Below, piece after piece: positions 56,790 to 64,000 of a stretch of 64,000 bases of DNA. The notes beneath the pieces were generated by a model. The model ran no database searches and was not told the origin of the DNA. It worked only from the letters and a program-made list of their open reading frames with translations. Numbering within the stretch: position 1 is the stretch's first letter; every line of letters begins with the position of its first letter. Source of the DNA: an uncultured Bacteroidales bacterium (GTDB taxonomy: Bacteria; Bacteroidota; Bacteroidia; Bacteroidales; FEN-979); contig CAIYJU010000196.1 in the NCBI GenBank assembly GCA_903926565.1, forward strand, positions 22 to 64,021. The letters run 5' to 3'. A program made the position numbers and the translations under genes.

Positions 56790-57716
56790 TTATATTTTCC
56801 CCGCTGTTCTAATGCTTGCGTTCAGCTCAAATCCCACGATCAAACTGATGGCATTGATGTAAATCCAAACCAGAACGATCATGAGGGTACCGAGAGAGCC
56901 GTAAAGTGCGTTATAGCTTGAGAAGTGGTCAACATAGAAATTAAATCCGAGCGTCGTAATCACAATCAGCGTGGTAGCGAGTAACGAACCGGCGGAAACA
57001 AAGCGAAATGTTTTCCGCCTGGCGGGGGCGAGGTAGTAAATAAAGGAGATGGCCATGAGCAACAAACCTAAAATGATGATCCATCGCAGCATTTGCAGCG
57101 AAAATATCACAATGAAACTCTCCTTGATGGAATCGGGCAGTATCAATTGCAGCAATGCTGTTCCAAAAGTCATCAGCCCGATGGCAATGATCAGCAGAAA
57201 GCTGTTGATCAGAACAATCAGAACAGAGACGAGATATTGTTTATAGCTTGCCCGCGTTTCAAGGTCATGGGAGGTGTTGTTGAAGGCCTCGATCAGACTG
57301 TTTACCCCATTGGTTGAGAAGTAAAGAGTCAGTACCAGGTTCAAGATCAACAGGCTGCTCCTGGGGCGGGTGACAATATCGATGATGGTCTCTTTTACTG
57401 ATTCATAAGCCATCTGAGGCATAAAGTCCTCGATGATACTCAGAAGTTGCAGTTGGAAATTATCGATCGGGATAAAAGGGATGATGTTGAACAGAAAGAT
57501 TAAAAACGGGAAAATGGCCAGGAAAATTGAGTAGGAAATTGCTGCTGCCCGGGAGTTTATATATCCTTCAGTCAATCCGCGGATGAAAAATACAGCCACA
57601 TCATATATAGGTATTCCGTTGAATCCCGGCAAAATGATTCGCTTTGATGTTTTAACGGCCCAGGCAACGGGGACCAGGTTGAGAAGCCAGTCAGCAAGTT
57701 TTTTTGGCAGCGGCAT
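56790..57716 (-). CDS. YihY/virulence factor BrkB-family membrane protein
   Basis: RAAAISYSIFLAIFP, YNALYGSLG, IVLVWIY, GFELNA. Confidence 0.92.
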   Translation of the reverse strand: MPLPKKLADWLLNLVPVAWAVKTSKRIILPGFNGIPIYDVAVFFIRGLTEGYINSRAAAISYSIFLAIFPFLIFLFNIIPFIPIDNFQLQLLSIIEDFMPQMAYESVKETIIDIVTRPRSSLLILNLVLTLYFSTNGVNSLIEAFNNTSHDLETRASYKQYLVSVLIVLINSFLLIIAIGLMTFGTALLQLILPDSIKESFIVIFSLQMLRWIIILGLLLMAISFIYYLAPARRKTFRFVSAGSLLATTLIVITTLGFNFYVDHFSSYNALYGSLGTLMIVLVWIYINAISLIVGFELNASIRTAGKI

Positions 57717-57718
57717 TG

Positions 57719-58573
57719 TTAAATACTTCCCGGTTTAACTATTTCTGCCTTTAAACTCAGATCAAGGCTTTTGATCTGGTGGGTAAGGGCTCCCATTGAA
57801 ATATAGTCCACTCCCGTTGATGCATACTCACGGATGTTTTCTTCTGTAATTCCGCCACTGGCTTCAGTTTCAAATCGTCTGTCGATAAGGAGAACAGCTT
57901 TCCTCATGTCAGTTACCGAAAAGTTGTCCAGCATAATTCTGTGTATCTTCCCATGATCCAAAACATGCTGCAGCTCCTCAAAATTTCGTACTTCAATCTC
58001 AATTTTCAGTTTTCTTTTTGTACGTTCAAGATACTTCTCTACTGCCTCAATCGCCTGAACAATGCCCCCGGCATAGTCAACATGGTTGTCTTTGATCATC
58101 ACCATGTCGTAAAGCCCCATCCGGTGGTTCTCTCCACCCCCGGTCCTGACAGCATATTTTTCCAGTTCACGCAATAATGGCGTGGTTTTCCGGGTGTCCA
58201 GAATTTTGGTGTTAAACCCTTCAGTTTGTTTCACCGCCCTGGCTGTGGCAGTGGCAATTCCACTCAGGCGCTGCATGAAATTGAGTACCAGCCTTTCTGA
58301 CTGGAGTATGGAGGCTTTATTTCCCGTTACTTCAAACACCACATCGCCTTTTGCAATAACGGCACCGTCGTGAATGAAAATGTTCAACTTAATTGAAGGA
58401 TCCACGGCATGAAAAATCCGTTCTGCAAGGTCAACTCCACACAATACCCCGTTGTCCTTGACCAGTAATTTTGCTTTTCCTGATGCGTCGGCCTGCAATG
58501 TTGCCAGGGTCGTATGGTCGCCGTCGCCAATATCTTCGGCAAGGGCTTTTATGATTATTTCATCGATGGTCAT
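57719..58573 (-). CDS. nadC: Nicotinate-nucleotide pyrophosphorylase (quinolinate phosphoribosyltransferase)
   Basis: ALAEDIGDGDHT, ERLVLNFMQRLSGIAT, DTRKTTP, NHRMGLYD, IKDNH, MLDNF, EASGGI. Confidence 0.97.
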   Translation of the reverse strand: MTIDEIIIKALAEDIGDGDHTTLATLQADASGKAKLLVKDNGVLCGVDLAERIFHAVDPSIKLNIFIHDGAVIAKGDVVFEVTGNKASILQSERLVLNFMQRLSGIATATARAVKQTEGFNTKILDTRKTTPLLRELEKYAVRTGGGENHRMGLYDMVMIKDNHVDYAGGIVQAIEAVEKYLERTKRKLKIEIEVRNFEELQHVLDHGKIHRIMLDNFSVTDMRKAVLLIDRRFETEASGGITEENIREYASTGVDYISMGALTHQIKSLDLSLKAEIVKPGSI

Positions 58574-58628
58574 TGAGGGAGTATTGATTGACAAGTGGAC
58601 AGCAGACGGGAGGACACCAGTTCATTGG

Positions 58629-59036
58629 CTAATTCTCCTGGACCTGGAGCTGCTGTACAAGGTTTTGCCCGTTTACGGCTTTGATGATAAAATAGACCCG
58701 GAAAATTTTTTTTCCGGTTTCAAGACTCCCAATGGTGTATTGTGAGCCATCGGGGGATGAACCTTGTCGTGTAACTTTAAAACTCTTCACCGGGTTTTGC
58801 GTGAAGAAATCTTTAAGGATCTGACCAGCCTGGGTTTTACTGTAGGTGTCGTCATATCCCGGAAGTGTAAGATCGACCATTGCATTAAAATTCTTTGCAA
58901 CCTCAGCTGCATTGCCTGCCTGAATTGCTGCGGCAACTTGTGCCGATGTTTCCTCCGGCCCTGCAATGACAGGTGCTACGGCAACAAAAAACACCTGCAG
59001 GATCAGTATTGTCCGTATTAAAAAAATATGTTTCAT
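58629..59036 (-). CDS. DUF4783-like secreted protein
   Basis: Signal peptide; AIQAGNA...YSKTQAGQILKDFF...P.KSF...YTIGSL; position beside nadC is typical of Bacteroidota. Confidence 0.75.
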   Translation of the reverse strand: MKHIFLIRTILILQVFFVAVAPVIAGPEETSAQVAAAIQAGNAAEVAKNFNAMVDLTLPGYDDTYSKTQAGQILKDFFTQNPVKSFKVTRQGSSPDGSQYTIGSLETGKKIFRVYFIIKAVNGQNLVQQLQVQEN

Positions 59037-59190
59037 GTTATTTTGGATATAATGAGCAATACCGGCTACAAAGGTACATCATAAAAGTAGTTACTGCATA
59101 ATTTCGGCTGTAAGCAGTCGCTCGTTTTGCTTCCCTTTCCCTACAAACATACAAAGAATCAGCGAATTTTTGCATCTTTGCAGGGAAATT

Positions 59191-59664
59191 ATGAAAATCA
59201 GGTTACTGCTTATCGGAAAAACAGAGGAAGAGTTTCTGAAAACCGGGATTCGCGATTATGAAATGCGAATAAACAGGTATGTCCCTTTTGAAATAGTGGA
59301 GATTCCTGCATTGAAAAATGCAGCAAATCTCTCTTTTGGTGAGCAAAATTCACGGGAATGTGAGATGATCAGCAAACGGTTATTGCCCGGGGATGTGGTT
59401 GTTTTACTTGATGAGCGGGGTAAAGAGATGAGGTCGGTCGAATTTGCAACATTTTTGAACAAACAATTTATATCAGGCAATAAAAACCTCGTATTCGTTG
59501 TAGGAGGGCCTTTTGGTTTCGATCCGGCATTTAAAAAAAAAGCATCCTCCATACTTTCCCTGTCCCGAATGACGTTTTCTCACCAGATGGTCAGGCTTTT
59601 TTTTACAGAACAACTCTACCGGGCCCTCTCCATCATACGGGGTGAGTCGTATCACCATGAATGA
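59191..59664 (+). CDS. rlmH: 23S rRNA (pseudouridine1915-N3)-methyltransferase
   Basis: MKIRLLLIGKT, LLDERG, FVVGGPFG, SLSRMTFSHQMVRL, EQLYRA, YHHE. Confidence 0.96.
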   Translation: MKIRLLLIGKTEEEFLKTGIRDYEMRINRYVPFEIVEIPALKNAANLSFGEQNSRECEMISKRLLPGDVVVLLDERGKEMRSVEFATFLNKQFISGNKNLVFVVGGPFGFDPAFKKKASSILSLSRMTFSHQMVRLFFTEQLYRALSIIRGESYHHE

Positions 59665-59684
59665 TTACAGGAGCGTTTTTCGTG

Positions 59685-59762
59685 TTAACAATATTTTAAC
59701 GAAATGGTTAACAAATATTAACAACAATGCTAGCGTTGTAACTTTTTCATTTTATAAATTTG
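59685..59762 (+). promoter_or_regulatory. moxR-bat promoter with four phased TTAAC repeats
   Basis: TTAAC at 59685, 59696, 59708 and 59718; TAAATTTG at 59755-59762. Confidence 0.5.
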
Positions 59763-59783
59763 CACCCTCAAAAATTCTATAAC

Positions 59784-60776
59784 ATGGTTGAAACCGACAT
59801 CAAAGAATTGAACGAACGGATCCAGAAGGAGAGCGCGTTTGTTGACATGGTGACGATGGAAATGCACAAAGTGATCGTTGGACAGAAGCAGATGATCGAG
59901 CGTTTGATGATCGGGCTGCTTGCCAACGGTCATATCCTGCTTGAAGGGGTGCCCGGGCTTGCTAAAACTTTGGCAATAAAATCGTTGGCCAATTGTATTG
60001 AAGCAAAATTCAGTCGAATTCAGTTCACCCCCGACCTGTTGCCTGCAGATTTGCTTGGTACGCTGATTTACAGTCAGAAAAATGAAGAATTCAAGGTCCG
60101 TAAAGGCCCGATTTTTGCAAATTTCATCCTGGCGGATGAAATAAACCGCAGTCCGGCTAAAGTTCAGAGCGCATTGCTTGAGGCCATGCAGGAGCGCCAG
60201 GTGACCATCGGGGATGAAACATTTATTTTACCTGAGCCTTTTTTGGTGCTTGCCACTGAAAACCCGATTGAACAGGAAGGGACTTATCCTTTACCCGAGG
60301 CGCAGATTGACCGTTTTATGCTGAAAGTAGTGATCGGTTATCCGGATAAAAAGGAGGAGAAAATGATCATCAGGCAGAATATCGGCAATGAGACATTTCG
60401 CACAACTCCGATTATCACGACTGCCGACATCATGCGCGCCAGGGCCATCACCCGCGAGGTTTACCTTGATGAAAAAATTGAAAACTACATCACGGATATT
60501 GTATTTGCAAGCCGTTACCCGGCCGACTATAAACTCAAGAAATTTGAAGGGCTGATCAGTTATGGCGGTTCTCCGCGTGCCAGCATATACCTGGCCCTTG
60601 CGTCCAAAGCCTATGCATTTATCAAACGACGTGGCTATGTAATCCCTGAAGATATCAGGGCTGTTGCTTATGACGTTCTTCGACACCGTATCGGGTTGAC
60701 TTATGAGGCAGAAGCTGAAAACATCACCTCCGAAGACATTATCAGTGAGATTCTCAATACAGTCGAAGTCCCCTAG
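59784..60776 (+). CDS. moxR: MoxR-family AAA+ ATPase
   Basis: HILLEGVPGLAKT, RIQFTPDLLPAD, LADEINR, QSALLEAM, NPIEQEGTYPLPEAQIDRF. Confidence 0.95.
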   Translation: MVETDIKELNERIQKESAFVDMVTMEMHKVIVGQKQMIERLMIGLLANGHILLEGVPGLAKTLAIKSLANCIEAKFSRIQFTPDLLPADLLGTLIYSQKNEEFKVRKGPIFANFILADEINRSPAKVQSALLEAMQERQVTIGDETFILPEPFLVLATENPIEQEGTYPLPEAQIDRFMLKVVIGYPDKKEEKMIIRQNIGNETFRTTPIITTADIMRARAITREVYLDEKIENYITDIVFASRYPADYKLKKFEGLISYGGSPRASIYLALASKAYAFIKRRGYVIPEDIRAVAYDVLRHRIGLTYEAEAENITSEDIISEILNTVEVP

Positions 60777-60802
60777 TCCTACTATTTCACTATTTAACGT
60801 AA

Positions 60803-61678
60803 ATGGAGTCAGCTGAGCTTTTCAAGAAGGTTCGTAAAATTGAGATTAAAACCCGGGGACTGAGCAATCAGATCTTTTCAGGGCAGTATCATTCCGTGTT
60901 TAAGGGACGAGGTATGGCTTTTTCTGAAGTGCGGGAGTACCAGCATGGGGATGACATCCGGAACATTGACTGGAACGTGACTGCCAGGTTCAACCATCCT
61001 TACATCAAAATATTTGATGAGGAACGTGAACTTACAGTTATGCTCCTGATTGATGTGAGTGCCTCCAATCAATTCGGGACAAAAAAAGCATTCAAACAGG
61101 ATGTGATTACAGAAATCGCTGCTGTGCTGGCATTCAGCGCCATCCAGAACAACGATAAAGTAGGTGTGATTTTTTTTAGCAAAACCATCGAGAAGTTCAT
61201 TCCGCCAAAAAAAGGAACATCCCATATCCTGAGAATCATCCGGGAGTTGATAGAATTCAAACCTCAGCAGCAGGAGACCAACCTTACAGAACCTTTGCGT
61301 TATCTGACAAATGCAATAAAAAAGAGATGCACCGCTTTCCTTCTCAGCGATTTTCTCAACAGGGGATTCGAAGATGCCATTAAAATTGCCAATAAGAAGC
61401 ATGATTTGATTGCTGTCAGAATTTTTGATGAACGGGAAATCGAATTACCCGATGCCGGACTTATCCGGGCCCGGGATGCAGAAACCGGCAAACAGATCTG
61501 GGTTGATTCATCTGACCGGAGGGTTCGCCGGCAGTATAACAACTGGTACAAAGCACATCAGGAATACTTAGCTGAAACTTTTTTACGCAGCGGGGTTGAT
61601 GTTGCCAGGATTCCGACTGATCAGGACTATATAAAGCCGCTGCTGGGGCTTTTCAGGAAACGTGGTGCGAGAAGATAA
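60803..61678 (+). CDS. DUF58 (vWA-like) protein
   Basis: FKGRGMAFSEVREYQHGDDIRNIDWNVTAR, EERELTV, DVSAS. Confidence 0.93.
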   Translation: MESAELFKKVRKIEIKTRGLSNQIFSGQYHSVFKGRGMAFSEVREYQHGDDIRNIDWNVTARFNHPYIKIFDEERELTVMLLIDVSASNQFGTKKAFKQDVITEIAAVLAFSAIQNNDKVGVIFFSKTIEKFIPPKKGTSHILRIIRELIEFKPQQQETNLTEPLRYLTNAIKKRCTAFLLSDFLNRGFEDAIKIANKKHDLIAVRIFDEREIELPDAGLIRARDAETGKQIWVDSSDRRVRRQYNNWYKAHQEYLAETFLRSGVDVARIPTDQDYIKPLLGLFRKRGARR

Positions 61679-61685
61679 TTGACCA

Positions 61686-62624
61686 ATGATGAACTTTTGT
61701 AAAATCGGCATAGTGTTGTTTTTCCTTGCTGTCTCTTCAACCGGCAAGGGGCAGGAGGTGGTTGTTTCGGCAAAACTTGACACGAATGCCATGCTCATCG
61801 GCGACCATGTCGGGTTGACTTTAAAATACACCGGCCCGGCAAAATCCCAGGTTATCTGGCCATTTATGCCGGATACCATTCTGGGTTCAATTACTGTTAT
61901 TGGCCGCGGAAAGATTGATACCACCTATTCCTCTGATAAGAAGTCAGTTACCTTTTCACAGCAATTAAATATAACCTGTTATGATTCCGGGTTTTATACA
62001 TTCCCGTCAATCCCTTTCAGGCATAGGATTATGCCGGATACTGCCGGTATTGTCTCCGCAACCACGATGATGCTGCTTGCCGTGCATACAGTTAAGGTTG
62101 ATACGACCCAGGCCATCAAACCGATCATCGGTCCGATGAAGGTTCCCATTACATTCCGTGAAATGCTCCCCTGGATCCTTGCAGCACTTGCTGTGATCAT
62201 CCTCATCGTGGCCGGGGTGTGGTATATGAAAAAGCGGCGGAAAAAGGAACCTGTTTTCAGGATAAAACCCAAAGTCGTCGTGTTACCGCACGAAACAGCC
62301 CTCCAGGAAATTGAAAAACTCCGGTTGAAAAAACTCTGGCAGGCCGGAAGGGTCAAGGAGTATCATTCTGAACTTACAGAGATTCTCCGGAAATACATTG
62401 AAGATCGTTTCCAGGTACCGGCACTTGAACAAACAAGCGCCGAAATTACTGTATCCCTGATGAATACAGCGGCGTGTTCTCCCCAGGCACTTGACCGGCT
62501 CGGCAGCCTGCTGATCCTGGCCGACATGGTGAAATTCGCCAAAGTACAACCGTTGGCAGTTGAAAATGAGAAAAGCCTGAACGACGGAATAGAGTTCATA
62601 CACGAAACAACAAATGCGTTATAA
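61686..62624 (+). CDS. Conserved membrane protein of the bat operon (between DUF58 and batA)
   Basis: Signal peptide, LDTNAMLIGD, central TM with basic stop-transfer, KEYHSELTEILRKYIE, ADMVKFAK. Confidence 0.8.
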   Translation: MMNFCKIGIVLFFLAVSSTGKGQEVVVSAKLDTNAMLIGDHVGLTLKYTGPAKSQVIWPFMPDTILGSITVIGRGKIDTTYSSDKKSVTFSQQLNITCYDSGFYTFPSIPFRHRIMPDTAGIVSATTMMLLAVHTVKVDTTQAIKPIIGPMKVPITFREMLPWILAALAVIILIVAGVWYMKKRRKKEPVFRIKPKVVVLPHETALQEIEKLRLKKLWQAGRVKEYHSELTEILRKYIEDRFQVPALEQTSAEITVSLMNTAACSPQALDRLGSLLILADMVKFAKVQPLAVENEKSLNDGIEFIHETTNAL

Positions 62625-63619
62625 TGCTTAAATCTCTGACTTTCGGCAATCCCGGCTTCCTGTTTCTGCTCGTGGTTATTCCCTTGCTGATCGTCTGGTA
62701 TTTTTACCGGAGGAGGAAGTATACAGCAGATTTGCAAATGAGTACAACCGAGGGTTTTGCGCAGGTTGGCCGTAGTTTCAGAGTATACGCATATCATGGG
62801 CTCAGTGTTCTTCGGTTACTGGCGCTCACCCTGCTCATCATTGCGCTGGCCAGGCCGCAGACAAGCCTGAGCCGCCAGGATATCAGTGTTGAAGGAATTG
62901 ACCTTGTGATCGCACTGGATGTGAGCGGATCAATGCTGGCCATGGACTTCAAGCCTGACCGGCTGGAAGCTGCCAAAGACCTGGCAATTGAATTCATTGA
63001 CGGCCGGCCGAATGACCGTATCGGACTGGTTATTTTCAGCGGTGAAACCTTTACCCAGTGCCCGCTTACAACCGATCATGCCGTGCTGAAGAACCTGTTT
63101 CGTGATATCCATAGTGGCATGATAGACGATGGTACCGCCCTGGGTGACGGGCTGGCAACTGCTGTAAACCGTTTGCGCGGAAGTAAAGCTGTAAGTAAAG
63201 TGATCATCCTGTTAACTGATGGCGTAAACAACATGGGCTCTCTCGATCCTAGATCGGCTGCTGAGATAGCAAAACTCTATGGTATCCGTATCTATACCAT
63301 TGGAATTGGCAGCATGGGTCAGGCGCCTTATCCGGTACAAACACCATTTGGGATGCAAACCCAGATGATGGAGGTTAAAATCGATGAACCACTTTTGATG
63401 GAAATTGCGAAAGGTACCGATGGAAGGTATTTCCGGGCAACAAACAATGCAAAACTCCGTGCAATCTATCAGGAAATTGATAAAATGGAGAAGTCGAAAA
63501 TCGATGTGACCGAATTCCGCAAAAAGAAAGAAGAATTTCTTCCCCTGGTGCTCCTTGCGTTCATTTTTATCTGCCTTGAAATGCTATTGAGATATTTATA
63601 CCTTAAAACCATTCCTTAA
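62624..63619 (+). CDS. batA: vWA-domain aerotolerance protein BatA
   Basis: IIALARPQ, ALDVSGSMLAMDFKPDRL, TQCPLTTDH, GTALGDG, LLTDG. Confidence 0.92.
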   Translation: MLKSLTFGNPGFLFLLVVIPLLIVWYFYRRRKYTADLQMSTTEGFAQVGRSFRVYAYHGLSVLRLLALTLLIIALARPQTSLSRQDISVEGIDLVIALDVSGSMLAMDFKPDRLEAAKDLAIEFIDGRPNDRIGLVIFSGETFTQCPLTTDHAVLKNLFRDIHSGMIDDGTALGDGLATAVNRLRGSKAVSKVIILLTDGVNNMGSLDPRSAAEIAKLYGIRIYTIGIGSMGQAPYPVQTPFGMQTQMMEVKIDEPLLMEIAKGTDGRYFRATNNAKLRAIYQEIDKMEKSKIDVTEFRKKKEEFLPLVLLAFIFICLEMLLRYLYLKTIP

Positions 63620-63661
63620 CACTTAACACTTAATTGATACTTAACACTTAACACTTAATAT
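63615..63661 (+). repeat. TTAACAC heptamer repeats between batA and batB
   Basis: cttaacacttaacacttaat occurs twice (63615 and 63640). Confidence 0.85.
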
Positions 63662-63668
63662 TACATCC

Positions 63669-64000
63669 TTGTTCCGTTTCGCACACATATATTACTTCTA
63701 CCTTCTGGCGATCATCCCGGTTTTTGTCGTGCTGCTTGTCCTTTTTTTGCTCTGGAAAAGGAAGACCCTTGCAAAATATGGCGACTGGGCTGTGATCAGG
63801 AACCTGATCCCGGACTATTCCGTATGGAAATCAATCCTGAAGTTCATCCTGGTCATGGTCGCGCTGGCCAGCCTGGTCGTTGCACTTGCGGATCCGCAAA
63901 CTGGTTCACGGCTTGAAAAGATCAAACGAAAAGGTATAGATCTGATGATCTGCCTCGATGTTTCCAACTCCATGATGGCACAGGATATCAAACCAAACCG
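63669..64000 (+). CDS. batB: vWA-domain protein BatB (5' part, runs off the window)
   Basis: TTG start, MFRFAHIYYFYLLAIIP...VALADPQTGSRLEKIKRKGIDLMICLDVSNSMMAQDIKPN; open to the end of the window. Confidence 0.88.
   Translation, partial: MFRFAHIYYFYLLAIIPVFVVLLVLFLLWKRKTLAKYGDWAVIRNLIPDYSVWKSILKFILVMVALASLVVALADPQTGSRLEKIKRKGIDLMICLDVSNSMMAQDIKPN

Overview
A 64 kb chromosomal segment from a Bacteroidota (probably Bacteroidales-type) bacterium. The assignment rests on T9SS C-terminal domains, TAnnTTTG -7 promoter boxes, A-rich translation starts without Shine-Dalgarno sequences, a moxR-bat operon and a Bacteroidota-like tmRNA tag. Housekeeping genes (panC, amt, M1 aminopeptidase, ssrA, gpsA, nadC, rlmH, moxR-batAB) flank a ~38 kb surface-structure locus (9853-48269). 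The core of that locus is a minus-strand cluster of secreted cohesin/dockerin proteins with no recognisable glycoside hydrolase: a 2833-aa adhesin (28 SprB-like repeats with an exact 1584-bp, 7-module super-repeat, then dockerin, cohesin and T9SS CTD), two cohesin-Ig-CTD paralogs, a 4-cohesin+dockerin scaffoldin with no CTD, a cohesin-tipped T9SS protein and a tiny PID-CTERM-type peptide. The cluster is bracketed by seven TMTC-like GT-C/TPR glycosyltransferases, a YfhO-type GT-C and two lipid-linked sugar donor modules (a DPM-like GT2, and Fdt/Qdt plus GtrAB). My main hypothesis is a non-cellulolytic, cellulosome-like, glycosylated T9SS surface scaffold. A 14-aa leader peptide ending in APPP-stop precedes the giant adhesin gene. 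All family calls are by motif recognition only; no database searches were run.
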